A stretch of DNA of 64,000 bases from Octopus vulgaris (taxonomy: Eukaryota): contig OX597814.1 in assembly GCA_951406725.2 (NCBI GenBank), positions 69,998,001-70,062,000 of the forward strand, given 5' to 3'. The number at the start of each line of letters is the position of its first letter. Positions within the stretch are counted from its first letter, which is position 1. The position numbers and the translations under genes are program-made. Below the pieces are notes generated by a model, which was given only the letters and a program-made list of their open reading frames with translations, searched no databases and was not told where the DNA came from. Positions 23,987 through 36,849 of this stretch are shown one piece after another.

Positions 23987-25913
23987 CGAGGAGGTACTCA
24001 AAAGTAACTGGAAATATCCTCTGTGGGACAAGCCCATTGTAGTTCAGGCTTCCACTACTGGGAGCCATTTGACATAACCCTCGCACTTCAGTATGTCGAC
24101 CAGCGTCATCAAGTGAAGTCGTACTGTTACGTGATACATCTTTGTTTTGCAGTGTTTCCCCCCTGTTTATCAATGTTTGCAATGGCAGACACAAAAGAAC
24201 AGCATGCTTCTATGAAATTCTGTTTTCTGCTGGGGAAATGGCAGCTGAAACAGTTGTCATGCTTTAAACAGCTTGCAAAGACGCTACCATGAGCAAAACA
24301 CAAGTTTATGAATGTCTGTCACGCTTTAGGAATGGTCACTTTGTCATTGAAACCAACCTCATTCAGAGCATCTGTCGACCTCCTGAACAAATGGAAACAT
24401 CATAAAAATTCATGAACTAATTTTGGAGGATTATCACCAAACCGTTGATGAACTTGTTGATATTTCTGGTATCCTGGAGCTCCTGCCAACAGATTTTGAG
24501 CAAGGAATTGTGAATGAAAAGAGTTGCAGCAAAATTTGTGCCTTGTTTGCTCACAGAAGATCAAAAGTAGTCACAACTGAATGCGTGTCATGAATTGAAA
24601 GAACAGTTGGAAGTTGATCCAGATCTTTTTTCAGAAGTCATCACTGGTGGCAAAAGCTGGCGCTGCAGAATTTGTAGATGTGGAAGAGGTGAACAAAAAA
24701 GCAACAGAGATGTTACGGAATCACCCGTCGTCACTCGCCCGAACGGGCAAGTTCGCCACGGAACCCAGAGAGGAGAGGAGAGATACAACAACAACAACAG
24801 CAGCAGCAGCACAGAGATACAGAGGCAACCCAGAGAGACACAAATAGGCAAGGCACAACTGGCTTACATTTAACAACTAGTTTATATGACAATCAATTGT
24901 TACTACATCAATCACATTTCAGATACATTTAAAGGAAACAACAAATCAATACAGGTATACAACAGATCAAAGCATTTCAAGGGTACACGTCCGAAGACAC
25001 AGTTCTTTTTCAAATCACATCAACAGATAACGTTCACAGTTCTTTAAAGTCTTTTTCTATTTTCTTTTGTAACATGTATCAACACAATTCTGAACATAAA
25101 TACCACAACTCGATAATCGACACATCGACAAGTCCCTTTCTCAATTCACAATGTTCTTTTCACTGTCTCATTTCTTTTCACTGTCCATTTCGATTCCTTG
25201 TCCTTCTTTTTCTACACATATCAATGCACAATTCACGTACCTTAATTCCTAATTAGAATAGCCAGTGTCCCATATTGCACTTCATCTCTCTCCGTACCGC
25301 TAACTCCAATTTGCCAAGCTCCTGAATCCCAACCGCTTGCCCTGACTTCCAAAATCCGACTGTCCCTCTATCACTACCCCTCAATCTGTCTCTACTGCTC
25401 ATACCCTCTCCATCTGCTCTCAGCCCTAACTGCCTATCTCTATCCTCAATCTGTCTCTTAGCCCTATACTCTCTCTATCCCGCCTGGTCCTATGTCCCTA
25501 TCTTTATCGGCGCTGCTGCTGTCATCCTCTCTATCTGCTCTCAGATTCCTTACTCTATCTTTCTCACTACTTTCCTCTTCCTCTTCTTCAAGGGGTGTCT
25601 AGAACGACCTCCAATCGACCGCACAAGGCCAAAGGTCCCTCCAAAAGCCATTACTCTTCCAGTAAACAAAGGGCTGTCGCTTTTTACTCCAGACCTGCCG
25701 GCACCACTCCCACAAAGTGGGTCAAGAAATACTGCACTAGCCAAACCATAACAGAGACATTAAAAGGCACCACTTTGCAAGAGTTCCACCAATGTTTCGA
25801 ATCATGTATTGCATCAATGTATTATGCTTTCAAGGCAATAGAAGTGTAAACATGTAAAACTAAATGAATAAAATAATATTGCAAAATTCTGGTTTCTTTT
25901 GAGTTCTCCCTTA
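23987..25913 (+). mobile_element. Mariner relic, internally deleted and interrupted by a solo LTR
   Basis: TA-flanked imperfect TIRs; EQHASMKFCFLLGK, EVITGGKSW and LKGTTLQEFHQCFE transposase fragments. Confidence 0.82.
24711..25753 (-). mobile_element. Solo LTR related to the gypsy element
   Basis: TGTTA...TAACA ends, GAGA TSD (24707-24710 / 25754-25757); first ~200 bp is a diverged reverse complement of the gypsy LTR 3' end. Confidence 0.88.
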
Positions 25914-26950
25914 TATTAGTGTGTAAATGGCAGGGCATTTCACAGACTTTAGAATAAGACCTTGCAGCACTGCTCAGCACATTGAGCAACAATCATTTTC
26001 CACCAGCTTTGGTCATCTACTACTCTAGTACATCCATTCCATTTAATGTTAATTGTCCTCGGGTTATCTTGAAATGCTAAGGGATCTTTAGCCTGCCCCT
26101 TCTATACATGCCAACAGGTGGTACGCAAGTCATGGTTGTTTTCAAGTACTGTAGTTGGCTAGATGGATAATGTGCCCAGCCAGGCAGAATTGGCATTTTG
26201 CTACAATCTCTTGCCATAATTGGGAACTTGCTCTTCTCATAATCTCGTTCTTTGTCACACTGATATCAGTTGACTCTCAGGATCTTCCTAAGGCATGTTT
26301 GATAGAATACATTGTTTTTTATCCTTCTTTACTATGCTCTTGCTGCCATTGATTGCAGTGAAGCTAGGAATGTATAGAGGCTATAGACAGAATGATGGAG
26401 TTATATAGATGTTTAGATCCACCTTATACTGTTGACCACTGGTCTATGTCACAGTATATAAACACACATGCATACACACAGTAGTATCAACATATATTTA
26501 TACACATGCACATGTTTACATGCCATGACCAAGCACGCATTTACAGGATGTAGACATTCGTTTGTAAAATATTTATGACAACTTTTCTTTCCTCTTAATG
26601 ACAGCAATTATCTGCTCCTATCTCCCTCCTCATTCTCACCCCTCTTCTTTGTTCCTATCAACTCTACAACTCCCACATATTTGCCCTCATTTATCTCTTT
26701 CTTATTTCTTGACCATTTTATTTCTTCAAAAATTAGCTTTTTTCTTCTGTTCTTCCAGTTTTACTTTCCATTTTAACTCACCTGCAGTGAGTTAACTTGG
26801 AACAAGCGACAATGTAACCTTCACTGCCAATAAATTGTTATTGTTCATGATCGTACACTGCCCACCTTTTGTTCTCTGTACATGCCATGGACTGCTTAAA
26901 GATTACAAATTTCCTTTGCTTGACTCTCTGGATCTTACCCAAGTCATTAA

Positions 26951-27172
26951 CCCTTTTGTTACTGTATTTATTTTGAGATGCTTCGTGTTTCTTTCAATTA
27001 ATTTTAAATATAACGAAGAATTTAATAAAATAACTTAATTATCATTAAGCTAGTGTTAGAAACATAAATTGTGACTACGGTTTGGTGGAAGATTTTAATT
27101 CAAAACTTATGATAACAAGACATTTGTACTACAGAACCAGAGGCAGTTTCAGCCAGGTTGATATTGAAAGGG
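26951..27172. mobile_element. piggyBac-type MITE
   Basis: TTAA|CCCTTT...AAAGGG|TTGA; related ends near 27745 and 62093. Confidence 0.65.
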
Positions 27173-27930
27173 TTGAGAATGAAATGTTCAATTTTGAACT
27201 GAAAGTTTCTTTTACTTTGTCTCAATAAAAGGCAATGCAGTTAATCAATGTATGCACCTAAATTATCAACACAATTTTGCCATTTTATCAGTAGCTTAGT
27301 AAAGTCACCAGACTGGAACTTCTCAAACCATCGACATACAGTGCGCTCATTCACCCAATCTTCACCAAACACCTCATTCATGTTTTAAGCTGTCTAGGAT
27401 GCATTGGTTCCATGATGGAACTCTTATTCATAAACAACACAAACTTTTTATCTATCCATGCTTGGGTTTAAAAAAATTGATTTACTAGAGAAAACTAACA
27501 ATATAATCAGACACCATGAATTGCATTTTGAAAAGTCATGATGTAACTCTTCAGTGTTGTAAAACAAAGAATTGTCAGGATAAAACATTAAAATTAACAA
27601 CTGTCAAACTTGGTGCATAAGAAAATTGGACATTTCATTCTTCATGACCTGATATAAATAAAGATATTATTGTTATTATTAATAAATAACAATAATATAA
27701 TATCTTTATTTATTTTTCAGGCAGCTTTGGGCGGTTTGGTAACAAAAGGGTTAAGTCGCAAATGAGGATCACAGATATAGGTATATCACATGATTTTGAA
27801 CTTTGAGATATTTTCCTTAGTTCTCATCAGTAGGTCTCACTGCTTTCATGGATTAAACTTATACTCACTTCATCATGCCTGTCAGTGTTGAAAGAATAGA
27901 CCCAATTTCAAATGATATCAGTGTATAATT

Positions 27931-27972
<42 letters not shown>

Positions 27973-28104
27973 TATGAGAGGTAATGGTGTGAAGAAGACC
28001 CAAAGGTGTCAGGTAATGCTGAGTAAGTGCTATGGACAGACTGTAGTTAAGCTCCAGGTGATTATGCGAATGAGGAGTCCGTCAGTCATATATCAGCATG
28101 CATA

Positions 28105-28528
28105 TATATAAAAAATTAACAGAATGAGATAAAAATCCAAGGCTGTGAAAGATTTCAGAACATTTATAAAGAAAAGGTCTTACAGCTCTTTCTGGAATAT
28201 TTTGTATATCCTTTCATCAGAGACAGTGTGAGAAAAGGGTTAAGCAATAGTTATTCTAGAGAAGATATGAAATAGAGAGTGAAATGGAGGAATGAAAACA
28301 GATTGAGATATGCAGGGATATTGTATCTGCAGTTCCGTTATTTTCATTCCTCCACTTCACTCTCTATTTCATATCTTCTCTAGAATAACTATTGCTTAAT
28401 CATTTTGTCACACCATTTCCGATGAAGGAATATATAAAATATTCCGGAAACAGCTGTAAGATATAATGTTCTGAAATCTTTCACAGCCTTGGAATTTTAT
28501 CTCATTCTGTTAATTTTATATTTATATA
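28105..28528. repeat. Fold-back element with about 190 bp arms and a hammerhead motif in each arm
   Basis: 28105-28297 is the reverse complement of about 28341-28528. Confidence 0.9.
28177..28224 (-). ncRNA. Minimal type I hammerhead motif
   Basis: gtct-CTGATGA-aaggatatacaaaatattcca-GAAA-gagct-GTA-agac; mirror copy at 28415-28462 reads CCGATGA...GAAAcagctGTA. Confidence 0.7.
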
Positions 28529-28529
28529 A

Positions 28530-28838
28530 AACCCTGCGAGAGTCCAGTCTGTTGGTTCAAGGAGCACAACTATTCAACTCCATTCCGGTACATGTCAGAA
28601 ATCTATCAGGATGCAGTGTGGAATCATTCAAATTGCAGCTGGATAGATACTTAAGCACCATTAGAGATGAACCCCATCTCCCAGGATATACACAACGAGC
28701 ACAAACTGACTCAAACTCGCTCCTACACATGTCAAGATTAAACAGAGAATACAACCTGGCAACCACACCAGACTCTGAGGGTGGAGTCTTCAACTTGGCC
28801 TGAGCATGGACTCAAACTCAAATGAAATGAAATGAAAT
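28530..28838 (+). mobile_element. CR1-group LINE 3' fragment with (AAATG)n tail
   Basis: GAQLFNSIP...FKLQLDRYLSTIRDEP resembles the C-terminus of the LINE at 1-1998. Confidence 0.82.
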
Positions 28839-28854
28839 ATATATATATATATAT

Positions 28855-30890
28855 CATTCTCATCATTTAGTGTCCACTTTCCATGCTTCTCTCTTGCACA
28901 CTACATCTGATGCCTCTTATACCCAACTTTTGTCTCAAGACTTTTACACTCTGTCATACATGCATACTGACAGTGCACATCCAGCAAAGCATACTAGATT
29001 CATTTCTTTCAAGCCTTTTTATGTCCTCTGCAGTCACAGCCCGTATTTCACTGCCATGTCGCATTGCTGTTTACACACAGGTATCATACAATCTACCTTT
29101 CACTCTGAGAGAGAGAACCTTTGTTACCAGCAATGGTAGAAGCTCTTTGAACTTTGCCCTGCCTATCCTTGTTCTAGCAGCTATGCTCTTGGAGCAGCCA
29201 CCTTTAGTGCTGACTTGGTCACTTAGGTAAGGGAAGCTATCTACTACTTCTGAGTATCCCCCTGGGCATTTGACAAAGTCTGTTTCCTGTACATTTCTTG
29301 AGTTTATTGTACCTATACACTTGCCACCCACAAAAACTACTTTCTCTGTTATCCTTCCTCTGATATTGCTGCACTTGTTATGTGTCCTTAACTTGCACCA
29401 GGTATCTCTTAAAGAATTTCTCCCTACACCTTGTTTACAAATTGAGCAGGACCATCTACCTGAAGGGATTTGTGATTTGTCTGCTCTCCTACTTACTAGA
29501 ACTTCGTTATTTGCTAAATTAGCTTTGAGGCCCTTTCATTTCAGATCTTGCTTCCACACCTGAAGTTTCTTCTAGTTTGCTAGTGATTCAACTATAAGAA
29601 CAAAGTCATAACACAGAGGAGCTCCCAAGGGTAGCCTGTCTAAAATTTGTTATAACCTGGAAGACTATGATGAATAAGAAGGAAATGAGAATCAGTCCTT
29701 AGGAAACTCCTTCCTGTACACTAAATTCATTGTTATACATGTTGCCAAATTTCACCTTAGTAACAGTATCCCTATACATGGCTTACAATCTACCCCTAGC
29801 TTCTGCATTGACAACCAGATAAGGGAACCTGTCAAATGTTTTCTCCATGTCAGCAAAAGCCAAGTACAGAGGTTTTTGCTAAGTACCTTTTTTTGCAGCT
29901 GCCTAACCAGGCATCAGTAGTGTTTCTCCATGGCATAAAACCAAACTGCACCTCATCTAGACTAACTCTCTTCTTAATTTGAGCTGTGACCCTCTCAGTA
30001 AGTTACATCACTTGATCCAACAATTTGATACCTCTGTAATTATTTCTGTCTAAACCATCATCTTTACCTTTGTAGCAGTTGACTATAGTGCTGCTACACC
30101 ACTCATTGGGTATGACTCCCTTGTGGACAAACTGATGAACTATACAGATGACTTGGCCATATCCCACTCCACCAGATATTTTAATCATCTCAGCGATTCT
30201 TGCTGATGGGCTGGAAGCCTTCCTCGTCTTTATAGCTCTCATGTCTTTATCTACCAAGCTGTTTTCGATTCAGATAATTGGTCCCTCTGTTGGGTCCACA
30301 TTAGGCAAACTCTCTTTCTTTCATTTGTTCTCTACATTTAGCAACCTTTCATAATGACACAGCCAAGCCTCTTTCTTTGCAGAGTCACTAGATGCAAGTG
30401 AACTATCATCCATGTGAATGCACTTCTCTCCTACAACATCACGATTTTCCTTGACACAGTCTTGCAAACCAAAACACTTCAAGCTGCTGGTCCTCGCACT
30501 GCAGAACATTGGCAAACTTCTTCCCTTCTGCTTCACCCCTGGCCATGCCTCCTAGCTTCCCTTTTAGTTACCTGATATAGTTATTTGCTACCGCCATGCT
30601 TCCAAACCTATTTCTTTGCTCTACACTGTTCCACCACCATGTCACCCTAGGTCTGGTTGGGACTTTGCACCAGATGCAAATTTGGTCTGTCTGTAATTCC
30701 TCCTCTTCATTATATTCTTCAGTTTGGACATCTCTAAATCTGATTATTCAAAGGATCCTCAAGCTTCCAGATCCTTCTTTTCCAAGCTGGCCTGCTTCTT
30801 GCAATCCTTCTAGTCTGAAGTCGCTAATGAGTAACCTATGCTGAGGGGTGCATTCTTCACCAGCGAAGGACTTTGCATTTATGAACAACC
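28855..30890 (-). mobile_element. Decayed RTE LINE
   Basis: NYRGIKLLDQVM, FPYL and LRVKGRLYDTCV; same family as 10605-13745. Confidence 0.88.
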
Positions 30891-31008
30891 ATGGATCTCA
30901 CATTCTGGTGGGAATGTTATCAATCTGGCTAGTGTGGTCACCAGATTTATAGATTGTAAATGGATAAATGAAAGTAAGTGGTACTCAAAATATGTGGTAG
31001 GAGTTATA

Positions 31009-31347
31009 TTATTACCTCTGCCTTAGCGAAGACGGAGGTATTGTTTTCATATCTCAAGAATCACTGGATGGATTCAGATGAAAATTTCAGGGATGTTTAG
31101 CCTGGTGACTGGCACAAACAGATTAGATTTTGGGATTGATCTGATATCAGACAAAGATTCTGGATTATTTTTCCGTTTTGTTTTACTTAATTTTTGAGAG
31201 TTATCACGTTCATTTTTAGTATTCTCATTTGTGAGAGCAGTCAAGTTTATTTCAGATATTCTCATTTTAAAAATCATCTCCAGCTAATCATTGAGAGGAC
31301 ACTTGTGTTGCCTTGGCGGAGGTTTGCACTCTCTGAGTGCTCTTGTT
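31009..31347 (+). mobile_element. HINE/Helentron-like non-autonomous element
   Basis: Subterminal inverted repeats ACCTCTGCC / GGCGGAGGT, short 5' inverted repeat, 3' hairpin GCACTC-tct-GAGTGC, TT flanks. Confidence 0.6.
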
Positions 31348-31449
31348 TAATAATAGTTTGGCTTAACTCCATACAATTTACAGTTTGTTAGGCATCTAGA
31401 TAGGGAGAGAGAGAGAGAGAGAGAGAGAGTAGTGGGATATGAGGCAAAT

Positions 31450-32300
31450 TCCAAATGGTTTCTCAATGTTAGGTTTCATATTGATGAATTCAGATCACTC
31501 ATTATTGTTGGTCTGGAAGCAGCCTTGTTCTTAGGTTCATGTGGTCAGACAAGATCTTGCTAGGTTGCTGTTCTGCTATGTCTGGAAGCTGTGGTATGGT
31601 TTATATAGCAGCATCAATTTGTTGCATTTGATACTATACATGGCATGGTTGAACATTGTTACAGGTGAATGAAGATCTAACACTTTAAAGGGAACAGCCT
31701 TTCCACAGATTTGGTGGTGCCTGTGTGGATTCTCAGCATAGATGGGTCTGTAGTCTCTATGGGTGGCAGGAATTAGGTAACCTTCCATTGTGTATGGAGG
31801 AGCTAGGCTTAAGGTGATACATCTGGATTGCCAGCTGCCAAGGTATACCTCTGATGGTTAGAGTAAGACAGTTCATATTTCAGTTTGATGGATACTGCAG
31901 TTTAGTGACGTATGTGTAGTCTATCTTGGAAGCAGTGTTGGCAACAGTTCCATGTAAGTATGGAGGGGCTCTGTCAACGATGCTCCATTTGTTGTTGGGG
32001 AAGTTGTTCTGATGGTCATGGAGTTCCTAGATAAAATGGGACAGGGAAGTGGAGTTTTTCCTATCCTTGCATCTGAAGGAGTGCATATGCTGTGTATAAT
32101 TTGCCTTGTAGCATTGGTTGTTGTGTTCATGTAGTATTTTGTAATGCCATCAGATGACATGTGGGTGGGTCTATAAATATCAGCCCTTATGAGGCAGGAT
32201 CAACCCAGTGGGCGATTAGTAGGATTTTGAAAGTTACAGGTTAGAGTGTGTGTTTGCATCTATTGTAATAGCCAATGTTAGAAGGAATTTTGTCTAAGCA
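31450..32300 (-). mobile_element. Highly decayed LINE RT remnant (RTE-like)
   Basis: Broken RT C-terminal-like stretches across frames; no intact ORF. Confidence 0.45.
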
Positions 32301-32554
32301 AGAGTAAGTAACCTTGAGGACATGGGGTTTAAAAGTTTATAATAGTTATGGGCAAATACCACCCTTACAGGAATTCCAACAAGGGAACTCTGTAGATTCA
32401 CAGAAACTCCAATCAACTCTTGCTTTAATTAGAAATCTAGTCACAAGCATTAGTAGAATGACCTCTAAACTATGAGTGTATAAAACTTTCATGTACATCA
32501 GAGTAACCATCATTGCATTACCCAACATATCCATTAAAGTCACCAGTCATTATA

Positions 32555-32767
32555 CAAGGGGGCGCTGAAAAGTTCCTGGCTTTAAGGATATTGGGAAAGG
32601 TCTGGCTGAAGGCCCAACCTTCCGAGTTCTTTTACAGGGTTTAGAAAAACTGAAGGACCACTGCAATAAGTGTGTGAATAAGTGAGAGATGTTGAAAGAA
32701 ATCATAATTAATTGATCTTCTTGTATTTTCTTTTACTCAAAGCTAGGAACTTTTCAAATTCTCCACG
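32555..32767. mobile_element. Mariner-derived MITE
   Basis: TA flanks; TGAAAAGTTCCTGGCTTT / AAAGCTAGGAACTTTTCA inverted ends. Confidence 0.75.
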
Positions 32768-33104
32768 TAATGCTGTCATTTATTTTTGAAGTAGTTTGCA
32801 AGAGGGCCTCTGACATTTCTTTGTGGTTTTAGGATATCATTTCTGCTGTAATGGGTGGATCTTCTTGAGCACAGCAAGATTCCAGTCTTTTCAGTCTTTT
32901 GTAATCTCCTTTGTAAATCTCAGTATCTTGAGATCAACCTTCAATTCTTTGTCTCTTTCTGGATCCATCCATCCACTTTAAGCATTCAGCAATTCTGTAT
33001 ACAACTATCCTCATCCATATGCATCACATAATCAAATCAATGCAGTCTCCTTTCTTGTACACTACATTTGATTTCTCTTATACCCAACATTTCTTTCAAT
33101 ATAC

Positions 33105-34686
33105 TAGCCATGTACAGGGATGCTGTCACTAAGGTGAGGGCTGGCAACAAGTACAGTGAAGAATTCCAAGTAGGGGTCCACCAAAGATCAGTCCTCAGCT
33201 CCCTCTTATTCATCATAGTTCTTCAGGCAATAACAGAGGGATTCAAAACAGGATGCCCCTGGGAGCTTCCCTATGCTGATGACCTTGCTCTAATAGCTGA
33301 GTCACTATCAGAACTAGTTGAGAAGTTTCAGGTGTGGAAGCAAGATCTAGAATTGAAGGTCCTTAGAGTCAATCTTGCAAAAACCAAAGTCTTAATAAGT
33401 AGGAAGGCAGACAAATCACAAATTCCTTCAGGTAGATGGCCCTGCTCAATCTGTAGAAAAAGCACAAGTAGAAACTCCGTAAGGTGTAAGCTATGGACAC
33501 ATCAGAGTGCAGCAATATCAAAGGAAGGCTAACTGGGAAGATAGTTTTTGTGTGTGGCAAATACTCAGGGGCAATAAACACTGAAAATGTGCAGAAAACA
33601 GCTTCCATCACATGCCAGGGAGAAAAACTACAAGTAGTTAATAGCTTCTGTTACCTAGGTGACTAAGTCAGTAGCAGGGGTGGATACTCTGAGCATGTAG
33701 CTGGTAGAATAAGAATAGCTTGGACAAAGTTCAGAGAGCTCCTACCTCTGCTAGTGACAAAGGCCTATCGCTCAGAGTAAAAGGTAGACTGTATGACACG
33801 TGTGCAAACAGCCATGCTACATGGCAGTGAAACATGGGCCATGATTGTTGAGGACATGTGTAAGCTTTCAAGGAATGAAGCTAGTAGGACGTGTAATGTC
33901 AGTGTGCATACACAACAGAGTGTAAGTGCTCTGAGAGAAAAGTTGGACTTATGAAGCATCAGATGTGGTGTTCAAGGGAAACGACTGTGCTGGTATGGTC
34001 ATGTGTTGCATATTGATGGGGACAACTGTGTGAAAAGGTGTCACACCCTAATAGTAGAGGGAACCTGTGGAAGAGGATGACCTGGGATGAGGTGGTGAAG
34101 CATGACCTTTGGACGTTGGACCTCACAGAAGCGATGATGAGTGTCCAAGATATGGCGAAGACCCGGTAAGCCAAATGAGACTATAACCATGGCCAGTGCC
34201 ACATAACCGGCCCATTCAATCATTGAGCAATAAATTGTGCTTGCAAAGACCTGTTGAGTCAACTGAAGTCATTGTCATGGCTGATGCCAATACCGCCTGA
34301 CTGATCCCATGCTGGTAGCACATAAAAAGCACCATTCAAGCATGGTCATTGCCAGTGCCACCTGACTGGCTTCTTTGCTGGTGGTACATAAAAAGCACTC
34401 TTCATGCATGGTCGTTGCCAGTGCTGCCTGACTGGCTCCTGTGCCAGTGGTACATAAAAAGCACCATTTAAGTGTGGTCAATGCCAGTACTGCCTGACTA
34501 GTCCTTGTGCTGGTGGCATGTAAAAAGCACCAACTTCACTCTTGGAGTGGGTGTCTTTAGGAAAGGCTGTAGAGACCTTGCCAGATCAGATTGGAGCCTG
34601 GTACAGTGTTTTGGCTTGCCAGTCCTCACTCAAACCATCCAACACATGCCAGCATGGAAAGCGCATGTTAAACGATGATGATGACA
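33105..34686 (+). mobile_element. 5'-truncated RTE LINE with tandem-repeat 3' UTR and (GAT)n tail
   Basis: GVHQRSVLS, YADDLAL, WPCSICRK; about 63 bp repeats at 34280-34535. Confidence 0.9.
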
Positions 34687-34689
34687 TTG

Positions 34690-35195
34690 GCACAAATATT
34701 GCACATCCTGTGAAGCATACTAGTTTCGTTCCTCTATAGAATTCACATATCTTCTGCAGTTAGGGTCCATATCTCACTACCATGTAGCATTGCTTTACTT
34801 ACACATGCATCATACAGTAACTACACATTCAGAACATCATCCTCCACTGCTAATTAGGCCACCTAGGTAACAGAAACTATTCTTTACCTCTAGGGAACTT
34901 CCAGTGCATTTGCAAAGATCAATTTCCTGTGTGACCTCAGACTTTATGGCACTGGTGCATCTTCCACAGACAAAAATTACTTTCTCCATTAGCCTTCCTG
35001 TGAGTCCACTGTACTTCTTGTGTGTCCATTGCACTGGGTTTACCTTTTGGAATTCCTGCCTACATGTTTCCTACATATTCAGTAGAGCCTTTTACCTGAG
35101 GTGGGTAGGGCCCTGTCTGTTTTTTTTTGCTTATTAGAACCTTGCTAAGTTAACTTTAAGACCCATTGATTCCAGGTTTTGCTTCCACACCTGCA
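34690..35195 (-). mobile_element. RTE LINE fragment
   Basis: WTHKKYSGL, FVCGRC, FCYLG. Confidence 0.75.
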
Positions 35196-35918
35196 ATGTC
35201 TATGAAAAATGGGAGTGGGCATTGCATCATAATAAGGGTTGTTGGAAGTGTCACTAAAAAGTTTGAAACTGTCTTAATGATGTAAGAACTTGAGGCATCA
35301 AATCAAGATGGGTGGGTTGAGTGTACATACTGTGGACATTTTGCATACTTTCTCAGTTATATATTTATTAGGTTACAATAAATATTAATTTTCAGTAGAA
35401 AGATATGAGAAAGTTTTAAATATAGATACTTTGGAAATATAAAATGGATAATTTTTGCTTTTCTTTCTCTATTTTGCACTTCTGACATTATGCTAAGGTT
35501 GATCACATAAACTCAAATGTAGCATCTATTTCTGCAATTCAGCCTGGAAAGAAACAGATAAAGACTTGTAGTAGATTATTCAGACATATTTTATGAACAC
35601 AAAATAACTACTATTTGTAATGACATACATGAGGAATGGATCTTACTGTATCCCTGTATACTAAATATTAGTTCCTTCTTCAATTGCCTGCTCTTGCTTG
35701 CTAATAAATCTACTACCATTAGATTATGTTTACTTTTAGTTGTCTACCAAATGACTGAAAGAATATTTCTTTAATTTCCAGAGAATGCACAGCACTTTTT
35801 AATACCATCATTCTTAGATTTGTTTTGTTTTTTATTTATTTTTTTTAATTCTTGTATTGGTTGGCCCGATCTTTAATTATCAGAGTGCATATGATTTTTT
35901 CTTGTTTATTATATCTAG

Positions 35919-36022
35919 TGTATTGAATCCCTGTCACTTGCTGATTCCAAACTGAAAGGTGATACTACTCTTGTAATAAATGCATTAGGAAGCAACAGTA
36001 CATTAAAGGAGTTAGACATCAG
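35919..36022 (+). CDS. CARMIL: CARMIL exon ([35 protein letters not shown])
   Basis: CTAG acceptor, GTAAG donor; CARMIL signature [10 protein letters not shown]...INALGSN. Confidence 0.93.
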
Positions 36023-36849
36023 GTAAGATTAAAGTAAAGGATATGTTGATATTTCTTTTTTATTTTAATTTCCACTTGTTTTCTTTTTTATTCATTTGTT
36101 TAATCATCTCCTCAATTAGGAAATAAGGTTTCAAGGACTCAGCATCATTCAGAATTCCTTGCTTTATGTAAGATCCATTTATATCAACCCATTTCCAACT
36201 ATTCTATGTTAGGTGTTCATTGGTCAACAAAACTTTTGCTTTTCTGATGGTGTCCATCTTAGTGCTACATTTCAAATTTTGTTCCTCCCCATGGTGAATG
36301 CATGGCCTACTATTCTACTGTGAAACTGCTTGCAATAGAATACTTCTTGAAAAAATTATAAGTGGTGGGCCTTTGCATTCAACATTTACATCTTCTGGCC
36401 CCACGAAAGTAGAGAACTAGATTGTCCTTGGCCACATATTGTGGAAAGCATTGATCTTACTTGTATTGCCTTTTACTACCTGCCAGTATTTTGAGTTCAA
36501 AGATTGTATTGCCTAGATATGCAAATCAACTAAAGTCTTGTTAAAGCTCTACAAGCTTTGGTAAGCATTGCTTGGCTGTTCCTTTTTACCTTGTTGACTT
36601 TGGCATCCTTGATGTGTAAAGGCTGGTCTAGTGTTCATCATTGGCAGTGATAGGTGCCAGGTTATTGTTGTACATGACTTGTGTTTTAGAGCTAGTGATG
36701 TTAATTATTCGGCCTATCAGTTTCTCCTGTAGAATCTCTTATTGTCATGATCCCATTAGATATTCATGAATAAATTAACATCAAAAATGGTGGAGTACCA
36801 GAAATTTATTTTTAGAACAAATAGTTTCGTCCCTCTACATTATGAGTTC

